Source: Squalus acanthias
Lineage: Eukaryota
Assembly: GCA_030390025.1 (NCBI GenBank)
Contig: JASTWF010000368.1
Span: forward strand, 124,001 to 188,000
Direction of reading: 5' to 3'
Length of the DNA stretch: 64,000 bases
Part shown: positions 1 through 14,700 of the stretch, in pieces
Numbering within the stretch: position 1 is the first letter of the stretch
Layout of the letters: every line of letters begins with the position of its first letter
Translations under genes and position numbers: made by a program
Notes under the pieces: generated by a model
The model's database searches: none
Told to the model about the DNA's origin: nothing
Seen by the model: only the letters and a program-made list of their open reading frames with translations

Positions 1-215
1 CCTTCTGTGAGGAGATCAGGAAGGCTCCACAAACCTGTTATTAAACTGGATTTGCAGTTCATTTAAAAGAGAGAAGTTTTTGTTATGTGGTACATGTAAT
101 GCTGGGAAAGGTGGTTCCATAGTTTTGTTGTATTTAAGAGGGGAATATGTGCATTTTTTTAAGGAGGAAAGCAGTGTAATGTATTATCACATGGTTTGGT
201 ATGAGCATGCACGTT

Positions 216-905
216 TTTTTTAATTCGTTTATGGGATGTGGGCGTCGCTGGCAAGGCCAGCATTTATTGCCCATCCCTAATTGCCCTTGAGAAGGTGGTG
301 GTGAGCCGCCTTCTTGAACCGTTGCAGTCCGTGTGGTGAAGGTACTCCCACAGTGCTGTTAGGTAGGGAGTTCCAGGATTTAAATCCAGCGACGATGAAG
401 GATCGGTGATATATTCCCAAATCAGGATGGTGTGTGACTTGGAGGGGAACTTGGAGGTGGTGGTGTTCCCATGCGCCTGCTGCCCTTGTCCTTCTAGGTG
501 GAAGAGGTCGCGGGTATAGGAGGTGCTGCCGAAGAAGCCTTGGCGAGTTGCTGCAGTGCATCTTGTAGATGGTACACACTGCTGCCACGGTGCGCCGGTG
601 GTGGAGGGAGTGAATGTTTAAGGTGGTGGATGGGGTGCCAATCAAGCGGGCTGCTTTGTCCTGGATGTTGTCGAGCTTCTTGAGTGTTGTTGGAGCTGCA
701 ACTCATCCAGGCAAGTGGAGATTATTCCATCACACTCCTTACTTGTGCCTTGTAGATGGTGGAACGGCTTTGGGGAGTCAGGAGGTGAGACACTCGTCGC
801 AGAATACCTAGCCTCTGACCAGCTCTTGTTGCCACAGTAATTATGTGGCTGGTCCAGTTATGTTTCTGATCAATGGTGACCCCCAGGATGTTGATGGTGG
901 GGAAC
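216..905 (-). mobile_element. Non-LTR retrotransposon (LINE) 3' fragment with degraded ORF2 C-terminus
   Basis: Minus-strand frame reads HSLHHRRTVAAVCTIYKMHC...SFIVAGFKSWNSLP...LQRFKKAAHHHL, typical of a LINE ORF2 C-terminus; A-rich tail near 214-222. Confidence 0.75.
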
Positions 906-967
906 AGTCGCTCTGGCCTAGTAAAGCAAGCACATGGATGAGCAGCTCATCCAGTCTCTGTCCTTCA

Positions 968-1845
968 GTGTCAACTGCGGCTCAGTGGGTAACACACTCG
1001 CCTCCATGTCAGAAGGTTGTGGGCTCAAGTCCCGCTCCAGGGACTTGAACACAAAAATCCAGGCCGACACTCCAGTGCAGTACTGAGGGAGCGCTGCACT
1101 GTCGGAGGGGCAGTACTGAGGGAGCGCCGCACTGTCAGAGGGGCAGTACTGAGGGAGAGCCGCACTGTCGGGGGGCAGTACTGAGGGAGAGCCGCACTGT
1201 CGGGGGGCAGTACTGAGGGAGCGCCGCACTGTCAGAGGGGCAGTACTGAGGGAGTGATGCACTGTCGGAGGGGCAGTACTGAGGGAGCGCTGCACTGTCG
1301 GAGGGGCAGTACTGAGGGAGCGTGCACTGTCGGAGGGGCAGTACTGAGGGAGCGCTGCACTGTCGGAGGGGCAGTACTGAGGGAGCTCCGCTGCACTGTC
1401 GGAGGGACAGTACTGAGGGAGCGCCGCACTGTCGGAGGGGCAGTACTGAGGGAGCGCTGCACTGTCGGAGGGGCAGTACTGAGGGATCGTCGCACTGTCG
1501 GAGGTGCCATCTTTCGGATGAGATGTTAAACCGAGGCCCCGTCTGCTCTCTCAGGTGGACGTAAAAGATCCCATGGCCACTATTTCGAAGTAGAGCAGGG
1601 GAGTTATCCCTGGTGTCCTGGGGCCAATATTTATCCCTCGGCCAACATAACAAAAACAGATGATCTGGCCATTATCACATTGCTTGTTTCTGGGATCTTG
1701 CTGTGCACAAATTGGCTGCTGCGTTTCCCACATTATAACAGTGGCTACACTTCAAAAAGTACTTCATTGGCTGTGAAGATGCTTTGGGACATCCGGTGGT
1801 CGTGAAAGGCGCTGTAGAAATGCGAGTCTTTCTTTCTTCTTTCTT
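968..1845 (+). mobile_element. tRNA-derived SINE (SacSINE1/DeuSINE-like) with internal 32-bp minisatellite expansion
   Basis: tRNA-like head GGCTCAGTGGGTAAC...GGGCTCAAGTCCC; Deu-like core TTCGGATGAGATGTTAAACCGAGGCCCC; (TTTC)n tail; homologous copies elsewhere in the window. Confidence 0.85.
1075..1505. repeat. 32-bp minisatellite (CAGTACTGAGGGAGCGCTGCACTGTCGGAGGGG-type) inside the SINE
   Basis: About 13 visible tandem units. Confidence 0.95.
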
Positions 1846-2079
1846 TCATTTGCTCTACCCACATATATTGCAGCCAAATTCGATTGAAAAGGGAGAAAAC
1901 AGCATGAGTGCGGTGGCAGTGAAAGACGCGATGGGAATGGGAGCACTTTCTTTGAATAAAATCAGTTTGACTTGATGGTGAAAGAAATAATAATTCAGAA
2001 AGGAATCAAACAGCTCCTCACCTCTCTCGTCCCTCAGTGGTGAGGAACCACATGGCTCAGGCTTCAAGCTCCTCACTAG

Positions 2080-2454
2080 GCCGCAGTGTCTGCCAACCGT
2101 TGCTAGGGCGAGTGGTGTGCGTCTGACGACAGGACGCACGGCGGGAAGACGCGTTGGGCCAGACGTCACGGCGCACAGTGTGGAGGGGAAGGGCGTATCC
2201 ATCTGACGAAGACGTCTTTTCGCACGGGTGCGGGGGCGGGGTTGGGGCAAAATGACGTCATGCCGCACTGGGGCGGTTGGGGGGTGGGCGGAATCAGGCC
2301 CCACCCCCCCACCGCTCTCCGGATTGGCGCAGCGCGGTTGCCGGGGTGACCGGTGTGGGCGGAGTCAGGCCGGGTCAGGCCCCGCCCCCTCCTCGCCTCC
2401 TCTCTCCGGATTCACTGAGCGTGGTTGCCAGGGTGACCAGGCCGCGGGCGGGCG
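2080..2454 (+). promoter_or_regulatory. CpG-rich promoter of gene A with CRE, GC boxes and RFX X-box-like sites
   Basis: TGACGTCA 2253-2260; GTTGCCGGGGTGAC 2337-2350; GTTGCCAGGGTGAC 2424-2437; GGGCGG boxes; high CpG density just upstream of ATG 2455. Confidence 0.65.
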
Positions 2455-2518
2455 ATGCGGAGAAGCTTCAGCGACCTGGTGGCCGGCGTCTTCAGCCGGG
2501 GGCCGCTCAGGTGGTCAG
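2455..2518 (+). CDS. Gene A exon 1: TMEM17-family (transmembrane protein 17-like) protein, MRRSFSDLVAGVFSRGPLRWS
   Basis: First ATG after an in-frame TGA (2434); resembles the TMEM17 N-terminus (RQRLGNFSRAVFS); donor CAG|GTACAT is phase 1 and joins in frame to exon 2. Confidence 0.65.
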
Positions 2519-2756
2519 GTACATACCCCACCCCCACCCCGGGGGTGGACCTCACAAACCCTCCTCACCGGCACACCGCCTCTCGCCCCCGGTAACCGGA
2601 TAACCGCGGGAGAAAGCCGGCGGCGCAGTTGCCAGCATCAAACATGAGCGGCGGTCAGCGGGCTGGGTCGACGCCATCTTTACTGCTGGCAGCCGCTCCT
2701 GGCACTATTTGCTGCCCGCCATCTTTAATACTGGCACGCCTAGCCACGCAGCGCCC

Positions 2757-5700
2757 CCAATCCCAATCCCATTGTCCCCAATCCTAATCCCACTGTCCCC
2801 AATCAGACCGTCCCCAATCCCATCGCCCCCAAACCCACCGTCCCCAATCCCACCGCCCCCAATCCCACTGTCCCCAATTCCACTGTCACCAATCCCACTG
2901 TCCCCAATCCCACCACCCCCAATCCCAATGGCCCCAACCCCACTGTCCCCATCCGAATCCCACTGTCCCCAATCCCACAGTCCCCAATCCCACTGTCCCC
3001 AATCCCACTGTCTCCAATCCAATTGTCCCCATCCCAATCCCACTGATCCCAATCCCACTGCTCCAATCCCACCGTCCCCAAACCCACTGTCCCCAATCCC
3101 AATGACCCCAATCCCACTGTCCCCAATCCCACCGCCCCCAATCCCACCATCCCCAATCCCACCGTCCCCAATCCCACTGTCCCCAATCACTAATCCCACT
3201 GTCCCCAATCACTAATCCCACTGTCCCCAATCACTAATCCCCCCAATCACTAATCCCACTGTCCCCAATCACTAATCCCACTGTCCCCAATCACTAATCC
3301 CACTGTCCCCAATCACTAATCCCACTGTCCCCAATCACTAATCCCACTGTCCCCAATCACTAATCCCCCCAATCACTAATCCCACTGTCCCCAATCACTA
3401 ATCCCACTGTCCCCAATCACTAATCCCGCTGTCCCCAATCACTAATCCCACTGTCCCCAATCACTAATCCCACTGTCCCCAATCACTAATCCCACTGTCC
3501 CCAATCACTAATCCCCCCAATCACTAATCCCACTGTCCCCAATCACTAATCCCACTGTCCCCAATCACTAATCCCACTGTCCCCAATCACTAATCCCACT
3601 GTCCCCAATCACTAATCCCCCCAATCACTAATCCCACTGTCCCCAATCACTAATCCCACTGTCCCCAATCACTAATCCCACTGTCCCCAATCACTAATCC
3701 CACTGTCCCCAATCACTAATCCCACTGTCCCCAATCACTAATCCCACTGTCCCCAATCACTAATCCCACTGTCCCCAATCACTAATCCCACTGTCCCCAA
3801 TCACTAATCCCCCCAATCACTAATCCCACTGTCCCCAATCACTAATCCCACTGTCCCCAATCACTAATCCCACTGTCCCCAATCACTAATCCCACTGTCC
3901 CCAATCACTAATCCCACTGTCCCCAATCACTAATCCCACTGTCCCCAATCACTAATCCCACTGTCCCCAATCACTAATCCCACTGTCCCCAATCACTAAT
4001 CCCACTGTCCCCAATCACTAATCCCACTGTCCCCAATCACTAATCCCACTGTCCCCAATCACTAATCCCACTGTCCCCAATCACTAATCCCCCCAATCAC
4101 TAATCCCACTGTCCCCAATCACTAATCCCACTGTCCCCAATCACTAATCCCACTGTCCCCAATCACTAATCCCACTGTCCCCAATCACTAATCCCACTGT
4201 CCCCAATCACTAATCCCACTGTCCCCAATCACTAATCCACTGTCCCCAATCACTAATCCCACTGTCCCCAATCACTAATCCCACTGTCCCCAATCACTAA
4301 TCCACTGTCCCCAATCACTAATCCCACTGTCCCCAATCACTAATCCCACTGTCCCCAATCACTAATCCCACTGTCCCCAATCACTAATCCCACTGTCCCC
4401 AATCACTAATCCCCAATCACTAATCCACTGTCCCCAATCACTAATCCCACTGTCCCCAATCACTAATCCCACTGTCCCCAATCACTAATCCCACTGTCCC
4501 CAATCACTAATCCCACTGTCCCCAATCACTAATCCCACTGTCCCCAATCACTAATCCCACTGTCCCCAATCACTAATCCCACTGTCCCCAATCACTAATC
4601 CCACTGTCCCCAATCACTAATCCACTGTCCCCAATCACTAATCCCACTGTCCCCAATCACTAATCCCACTGTCCCCAATCACTAATCCCACTGTCCCCAA
4701 TCACTAATCCCACTGTCCCCAATCACTAATCCCACTGTCCCCAATCACTAATCCCACTGTCCCCAATCACTAATCCCACTGTCCCCAATCACTAATCCCA
4801 CTGTCCCCAATCACTAATCCCACTGTCCCCAATCACTAATCCCACTGTCCCCAATCACTAATCCCACTGTCCCCAATCACTAATCCCACTGTCCCCAATC
4901 ACTAATCCCCCCAATCACTAATCCCACTGTCCCCAATCACTAATCCACTGTCCCAATCACTAATCCCACTGTCCCAATCACTAATCCCACTGTCCCAATC
5001 ACTAATCCCACTGTCCCCAATCACTAATCCCACTGTCCCCAATCACTAATCCCACTGTCCCCCAATCACTAATCCCACTGTCCCCAATCACTAATCCCAC
5101 TGTCCCCAATCACTAATCCCACTGTCCCCAATCACTAATCCCACTGTCCCCAATCACTAATCCCACTGTCCCCAATCACTAATCCCACTGTCCCCAATCA
5201 CTAATCCCACTGTCCCCAATCACTAATCCCACTGTCCCCAATCACTAATCCCACTGTCCCCAATCACTAATCACTGTCCCCAATCACTAATCCCACTGTC
5301 CCCAATCACTAATCCCCCCAATCACTAATCCCACTGTCCCCAATCACTAATCCCACTGTCCCCAATCACTAATCCCCCCAATCACTAATCCCACTGTCCC
5401 CAATCACTAATCCCACTGTCCCCAATCACTAATCCCACTGTCCCCAATCACTAATCCCACTGTCCCCAATCACTAATCCCACTGTCCCCAATCACTAATC
5501 CCACTGTCCCCAATCACTAATCCCACTGTCCCCAATCACTAATCCCCCCAATCACTAATCCCCCCAATCACTAATCCCACTGTCCCCAATCACTAATCCC
5601 ACTGTCCCCAATCACTAATCCCACTGTCCCAATCACTAATCCCACTGTCCCCAATCACTAATCCCACTGTCCCCAATCACTAATCCACTGTCCCCAATCA

Positions 5701-8700
5701 CTAATCCCACTGTCCCCAATCACTAATCCCACTGTCCCCAATCACTAATCCCACTGTCCCCAATCACTAATCCCACTGTCCCCAATCACTAATCCCACTG
5801 TCCCAATCACTAATCCCACTGTCCCCAATCACTAATCCCACTGTCCCCAATCACTAATCCCACTGTCCCCAATCACTAATCCCACTGTCCCCAATCACTA
5901 ATCCCACTGTCCCCAATCACTAATCCCCCTCAATCACTAATCCCACAGGTCCCAATCACTAATCCCACTGTCCCCAATCACTAATCCCACTGTCCCCATC
6001 ACTAATCCCACTGTCCCCAATCACTAATCCCACTGTCCCCAATCACTAATCCCACTGTCCCAATCACTAATCCCACAGTCCCCAATCACTAATCCCACTG
6101 TCCCCAATCACTAATCCCACTGTCCCCAAATCACTAATTCCCACTGTCCCCAATCACTAATCCCACTGTCCTCAATCACTAATCCACTGTCCCCAATCAC
6201 TAATCCCCCCAATCACTAAACCCACTGTCCCCAATCACTAATCCCACTGTCCCCAATCACTAATCCCACTGTCCCAATCACTAATCCCACTGTCCCCAAT
6301 CACTAATCCCACTGTCCCCAATCACTAATCCCACTGTCCCCAATCACTAATCCCCCCAATCACAATCCACAGTCCCCAATCACTATCCCACTGTCCCAAA
6401 TCACTAATCCCACTGTCACCCAATCAACTAATCCCACTGTCCCCAATCACTAATCCCACTGTCCCCAATCACTAATCCCACTGTCCCCAATCACTAATCC
6501 CACTGTCCCCAATCACTAATCCCACTGTCCCAATCACTAATCCCACTGTCCCCAATCACTAATCCCACTGTCCCCAATCACTAATCCCACTGTCCCCAAT
6601 CACTAATCCCACTGTCCCTCAATCACTAATCCCACTGTCCCAATCACTAATCCCACTGTCCCCAATCACTAATCCCACTGTCCCAATCACTATTCCCACT
6701 GTCCCCAATCACTAATCCCACTGTCCCCAATCACTAATCCCACTGTCCCCAATCACTAATCCCACTGTCCCCAATCACTAATCCCACTGTCCCAATCACT
6801 AATCCCACTGTCCCCAATCACTAATCCCACTGTCCCCAATCACTAATCCCACTGTCCCCAATCACTAATCCCACTGTCCCAATCACTAATCCCACTGTCC
6901 CAATCACTAATCCCACTGTCCCAATCACTAATCCCTGTCCCCAATCACTAATCCCACTGTCCCCAATCACTAATCCCACTGTCCCCAATCACTAATCCCA
7001 CTGTCCCCAATCACTAATCCCACTGTCCCCAATCACTAATCCCACTGTCCCCAATCACTAATCCCACTGTCCCCAATCACTAATCCCACTGTCCCCAATC
7101 ACTAATCCACTCCCAATCACTAATCCCACTGTCCCCAATCACTAATCCCCCCAATCACTAATCCCACTGTCCCCAATCACTAATCCCACTGTCCCCAATC
7201 ACTAATCCCACTGTCCCCAATCACTAATCCCACTGTCCCCAATCACTAATCCCACTGTCCCCAATCACTAATCCCACTGTCCCCAATCACTAATCCCACT
7301 GTCCCCAATCACTAATCCCCCCAATCACTAATCCCACTGTCCCCAATCACTAATCCCACTGATCCCAATCACTAATCCCCCCAATCACTAATCCCACTGT
7401 CCCCAATCACTAATCCCACTGTCCCCAATCACTAATCCCACTGTCCCCAATCACTAATCCCACTGTCCCCAATCACTAATCCCACTGTCCCCAATCACTA
7501 ATCCCCCCAATCACTAATCCCACTGTCCCCAATCACTAATCCCACTGTCCCCAATCACTAATCCCCCCAATCACTAATCCCACTGTCCCCAATCACTAAT
7601 CCCACTGTCCCCAATCACTAATCCCACTGTCCCCAATCACTAATCCCACTGTCCCCAATCACTAATCCCACTGTCCCCAATCACTAATCCCACTGTCCCC
7701 AATCACTAATCCACTGTCCCCAATCACTAATCCCACTGTCCCCAATCACTAATCCCACTGTCCCCAATCACTAATCCCACTGTCCCCAATCACTAATCCC
7801 ACTGTCCCCAATCACTAATCCCACTGTCCCCAATCACTAATCCCACTGTCCCCAATCACTAATCCCACTGTCCCCAATCACTAATCCCACTGTCCCCAAT
7901 CACTAATCCCACTGTCCCCAATCACTAATCCCACTGTCCCCAATCACTATCCCACTGTCCCCAATCACTAATCCACTGTCCCAATCACTAATCCCACTGT
8001 CCCCAATCACTAATCCCACTGTCCCCAATCACTAATCCACTGTCCCCAATCACTAATCCCACTGTCCCCAATCACTAATCCCACTGTCCCCAATCACTAA
8101 TCCCACTGTCCCCAATCACTAATCCCACTGTCCCCAATCACTAATCCCACTGTCCCCAATCACTAATCCCACTGTCCCCAATCACTAATCCCACTGTCCC
8201 CAATCACTAATCCCACTGTCCCCAATCACTAATCCCACTGTCCCCAATCACTAATCCCCCCAATCACTAATCCCACTGTCCCCAATCACTAATCCCACTG
8301 TCCCCAATCACTAATCCCACTGTCCCCAATCACTAATCCCACTGTCCCCAATCACTAATCCCACTGTCCCCAATCACTAATCCCCCCAATCACTAATCCC
8401 ACTGTCCCCAATCACTAATCCCACTGTCCCCAATCACTAATCCCACTGTCCCCAATCACTAATCCCACTGTCCCCAATCACTAATCCCACTGTCCCCAAT
8501 CACTAATCCCACTGTCCCCAATCACTAATCCCACTGTCCCCAATCACTAATCCCACTGTCCCAATCACTAATCCCACTGTCCCCAATCACTAATCCCACT
8601 GTCCCCAATCACTAATCCCACTGTCCCCAATCACTAATCCCACTGTCCCCAATCACTAATCCCACTGTCCCCAATCACTAATCCCACTGTCCCCAATCAC

Positions 8701-11700
8701 TAATCCCACTGTCCCCAATCACTAATCCCACTGTCCCCAATCACTAATCCCACTGTCCCCAATCACTAATCCCACTGTCCCCAATCACTAATCCCACTGT
8801 CCCCAATCACTAATCCCACTGTCCCCAATCACTAATCCCCCCAATCACTAATCCCACTGTCCCCAATCACTAATCCCACTGTCCTCAATCACTAATCCCA
8901 CTGTCCCCAATCACTAATCCCACTGTCCCCAATCACTAATCCCACTGTCCCCAATCACTAATCCCACTGTCCCCAATCACTAATCCCACTGTCCCCAATC
9001 ACTAATCCCACTGTCCCCAATCACTAATCCCACTGTCCCCAATCACTAATCCCACTGTCCCAATCACTAATCCCACTCCAATCACTAATCCCACTGTCCC
9101 CAATCACTAATCCCACTGTCCCCAATCACTAATCCCACTGTCCCCAATCACTAATCCCCCAATCACTAATCCCCCAATCACTAATCCCACTGTCCCCAAT
9201 CACTAATCCCACTGTCCCCAATCACTAATCCCACTGTCCCCAATCACTAATCCCACTGTCCCCAATCACTAATCCCACTGTCCCCAATCACTAATCCCAC
9301 TGTCCCCAATCACTAATCCCACTGTCCCCAATCACTAATCCCACTGTCCCCAATCACTAATCCCACTGTCCCCAATCACTAATCCCACTGTCCCCAATCA
9401 CTAATCCCACTGTCCCCAATCACTAATCCCACTGTCCCCAATCACTAATCCCACTGTCCCCAATCACTAATCCCACTGTCCCCAATCACTAATCCCACTG
9501 TCCCCAATCACTAATCCCACTGTCCCCAATCACTAATCCCACTGTCCCCAATCACTAATCCCACTGTCCCCAATCACTAATCCCACTGTCCCCAATCACT
9601 AATCCCACTGTCCCAATCACTAATCCCCCCAATCACTAATCCCACTGTCCCCAATCACTAATCCCACTGTCCCAATCACTAATCCCACTGTCCCCAATCA
9701 CTAATCCCACTGTCCCCAATCACTAATCCCACTGTCCCCAATCACTAATCCCACTGTCCCCAATCACTAATCCCACTGTCCCCAATCACTAATCCCACTG
9801 TCCCCAATCACTAATCCCACTGTCCCCAATCACTAATCCCACTGTCCCAATCACTAATCCACTGTCCCCAATCACTAATCCCACTGTCCCCAATCACTAA
9901 TCCCACTGTCCCCAATCACTAATCCCCCCAATCACTAATCCCACTGTCCCCAATCACTAATCCCACTGTCCCCAATCACTAATCCCACTGTCCCCAATCA
10001 CTAATCCCACTGTCCCCAATCACTAATCCCACTGTCCCCAATCACTAATCCCACTGTCCCCAATCACTAATCCCACTGTCCCCAATCACTAATCCCACTG
10101 TCCTCAATCACTAATCCCACTGTCCCCAATCACTAATCCCACTGTCCCCAATCACTAATCCCACTGTCCCCAATCACTAATCCCACTGTCCCCAATCACT
10201 AATCCCACTGTCCCCAATCACTAATCCCACTGTCCACTAATCCCACTGTCCCCCAATCACTAATCCACTGTCCCCAATCACTAATCCCACTGTCCCCAAT
10301 CACTAATCCCACTGTCCCCAATCACTAATCCCACTGTCCCCAATCACTAATCCCACTGTCCCCAATCACTAATCCACTGTCCCCAATCACTAATCCACTG
10401 TCCCCAATCACTAATCCACTGTCCCCAATCACTAATCCCCCTGTCCCCAATCACTAATCCCACTGTCCCCAATCACTAATCCCACTGTCCCTCAATCACT
10501 AATCCCACTGTCCCCAATCACTAATCCCACTGTCCCAATCACTAATCCCACTGTCCCCAATCACTAATCCCACTGTCCCCAATCACTAATCCCACTGTCC
10601 CCAATCACTAATCCCACTGTCCCCAATCACTAATCCCACTGTCCCCAATCACTAATCCCACTGTCCCCAATCACTAATCCCCCAATCACTAATCCCACTG
10701 TCCCCAATCACTAATCCCACTGTCCCCAATCACTAATCCCCCCAATCACTAATCCCACTGTCCCCAATCACTAATCCCACTGTCCCCAATCACTAATCCC
10801 ACTGTCCCCAATCACTAATCCCCCCAATCACTAATCCCACTGTCCCCAATCACTAATCCCCCCAATCACTAATCCCCCCAATCACTAATCCCCCCAATCA
10901 CTAATCCCCCCAATCACTAATCCCACTGTCCCCAATCACTAATCCCACTGTCCCCAATCACTAATCCACTGTCCCCAATCACTAATCCCACTGTCCCCAA
11001 TCACTAATCCCACTGTCCCCAATCACTAATCCCACTGTCCCCAATCACTAATCCCACTGTCCCCAATCACTAATCCCACTGTCCCCAATCACTAATCCCA
11101 CTGTCCCAATCACTAATCCCACTGTCCCAATCACTAATCCCACTGTCCCCAATCACTAATCCCACTGTCCCCAATCACTAATCCCACTGTCCCCAATCAC
11201 TAATCCCACTGTCCCCAATCACTAATCCCCCCAATCACTAATCCCACTGTCCCCAATCACTAATCCCCCCAATCACTAATCCCACTGTCCCAATCACTAA
11301 TCCCACTGTCCCCAATCACTAATCCCACTGTCCCCAATCACTAATCCACTGTCCCCAATCACTAATCCCACTGTCCCCAATCACTAATCCCACTGTCCCC
11401 AATCACTAATCCCACTGTCCCAATCACTAATCCACTGTCCCCAATCACTAATCCCACTGTCCCCAATCACTAATCCCACTGTCCCCAATCACTAATCCCA
11501 CTGTCCCCAATCACTAATCCACTGTCCCCAATCACTAATCCCACTGTCCCCAATCACTAATCCCACTGTCCCCAATCACTAATCCCACTGTCCCCAATCA
11601 CTAATCCACTGTCCCCAATCACTAATCCCACTGTCCCCAATCACTAATCCCACTGTCCCCAATCACTAATCCCACTGTCCCCAATCACTAATCCCACTGT

Positions 11701-14700
11701 CCCCAATCACTAATCCCACTGTCCCCAATCACTAATCCCACTGTCCCCAATCACTAATCCCACTGTAATCCCACTGTCCCCAATCACTAATCCCACTGTC
11801 CCAATCACTAATCCCACTGTCCCCAATCACTAATCCCACTGTCCCCAATCACTAATCCCACTGTCCCCAATCACTAATCCACTGTCCCCAATCACTAATC
11901 CACTGTCCCCAATCACTAATCCCACTGTCCCCAATCACTAATCCCACTGTCCCCAATCACTAATCCCACTGTCCCCAATCACTAATCCCACTGTCCCAAT
12001 CACTAATCCCACTGTCCCCAATCACTAATCCCACTGTCCCCAATCACTAATCCCACTGTCCCCAATCACTAATCCCACTGTCCCCAATCACTAATCCCAC
12101 TGTCCCAATCACTAATCCCACTGTCCCCAATCACTAATCCCACTGTCCCCAATCACTAATCCCACTGTCCCCAATCACTAATCCCACTGTCCCCAATCAC
12201 TAATCCCACTGTCCCCAATCACTAATCCCACTGTCCCCAATCACTAATCCCACTGTCCCAATCACTAATCCCACTGTCCCCAATCACTAATCCACTGTCC
12301 CCAATCACTAATCCCACTGTCCCAATCACTAATCCCACTGTCCCCAATCACTAATCCCACTGTCCCCAATCACTAATCCCACTGTCCCCAATCACTAATC
12401 CCACTGTCCCCAATCACTAATCCCACTGTCCCCAATCACTAATCCCACTGTCCCAATCACTAATCCCACTGTCCCCAATCACTAATCCCACTGTCCCCAA
12501 TCACTAATCCCACTGTCCCCAATCACTAATCCCACTGTCCCCAATCACTAATCCCACTGTCCCCAATCACTAATCCCACTGTCCCCAATCACTAATCCCA
12601 CTGTCCCAATCACTAATCCCACTGTCCCCAATCACTAATCCCACTGTCCCAATCACTCCCCCCCAATCACTAATCCCACTGTCCCCAATCACTAATCCCA
12701 CTGTCCCCAATCACTAATCCCACTGTCCCCAATCACTAATCCCACTGTCCCCAATCACTAATCCCACTGTCCCCAATCACTAATCCCACTGTCCCCAATC
12801 ACTAATCCCCCCAATCACTAATCCCACTGTCCCCAATCACTAATCCCCCAATCACTAATCCCACTGTCCCCAATCACTAATCCCACTGTCCCCAATCACT
12901 AATCCCACTGTCCCCAATCACTAATCCCACTGTCCCCCAATCACTAATCCCACTGTCCCCAATCACTAATCCCACTGTCCCCAATCACTAATCCCACTGT
13001 CCCAATCACTAATCCCACTGTCCCCAATCACTAATCCCACTGTCCCCAATCACTAATCCCACTGTCCCCAATCACTAATCCCACTGTCCCAATCACTAAT
13101 CCCACTGTCCCCAATCACTAATCCCACTGTCCCCAATCACTAATCCCACTGTCCCAATCACTAATCCCACTGTCCCCAATCACTAATCCCACTGTCCCCA
13201 ATCACTATCACGTCCCAATCACTATCTGTCCCCAATCACTAATCCCACTGTCCCCAATCACTAATCCCACTGTCCCCAATCACTAATCCCACTGTCCCCA
13301 ATCACTAACCTCTGTCCCCAAGTCACTAATCCCACTGTCCCCAATCACTAATCCCACTGTCCCAATCACTAATCCCACGTCCCCAATCACTAATCCCACT
13401 GTCCCCATCACTAATCCACTGTCCCCAATCACTAATCCCACTGTCCCCAATCACTAATCCCACTGTCCCCAATCACTAATCCCACTGTCCCCAATCACTA
13501 ATCCCACTGTCCTCAATCACTAATCCCACTGTCCCCAATCACTAATCCCACTGTCCCCAATCACTAATCCCACTGTCCCCAATCACTAATCCCACTGTCC
13601 CCAATCACTAATCCACTGTCCCCAATCACTAATCCCACTGTCCCCAATCACTAATCCCACTGTCCCCAATCACTAATCCCACTGTCCCAATCACTAATCC
13701 CACTGTCCCCAATCACTAATCCCACTGGTCCCTCAATCACTAATCCCACTGTCCCCAATCACTAATCCCACTGTCCCCCAATCACTAATCCCACTGTCCC
13801 AATCACTAATCCCACTGTCCCCCAATCACTAATCCCACTGTCCCCCAATCACTAATCCCACTGTCCCCAATCACTAATCCCACTGTCCCCAATCACTAAT
13901 CCCACTGTCCCCAATCACTAATCCCACTGTCCCCAATCACTAATCCCACTGTCCCCAATCACTAATCCCACTGTCCTCATCACTAATCCCACTGTCCCAA
14001 TCACTAATCCCACTGTCCCCAATCACTAATCCCACTGTCCCCAATCACTAATCCCACTGTCCCCAAATCACTAATCCCACTGTCCCCAATCACTAATCCC
14101 ACTGTCCCCAATCACTAATCCCACTGTCCAATCACTAATCCCACTGTCCCCAATCACTAATCCCACTGTCCCCAATCACTAATCCCACTGTCCCCAATCA
14201 CTAATCCCACTGTCCCCAATCACTAATCCCACTGTCCCCAATCACTAATCCCACTGTCCCCAATCACTAATCCCACTGTCCCCAATCACTAATCCCACTG
14301 TCCCAATCACTAATGCCCGAGCTGTCCCCAATCACTAATCCCACTGTCCCCAATCGACTAATCCCACTGTCCCCAATCACTAATCCCACTGTCCCCAATC
14401 ACTAATCCCACTGTCCCCAATCACTAATCCCACTGTCCCCAATCACTAATCCCACTGTCCCCAATCACTAATCCCACTGTCCCCAATCACTAATCCCACT
14501 GTCCCCAATCACTAATCCCACTGTCCCCAATCACTAATCCCACATTCCCCAATCACTAATCCCACTGTCCCCAATCACTAATCCCACTGTCCCAATCACT
14601 AATCCCACTGTCCCCAATCACTAATTCCCACTGTCCCCAATCACTAATCCCACTGTCCCCAATCACTAATCCCACTGTCCCCAATCACTAATCCCCCCAA

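Noticed and set aside
975..1050. tRNA gene
   Set aside because: It is the tRNA-derived head of a SINE; degenerate and contiguous with the SINE body
2510..2512. Alternative donor CAG|GTGGTC for gene A exon 1
   Set aside because: Phase 2, so it would not join in frame with the 24246 acceptor; the phase-1 donor at 2518/2519 fits
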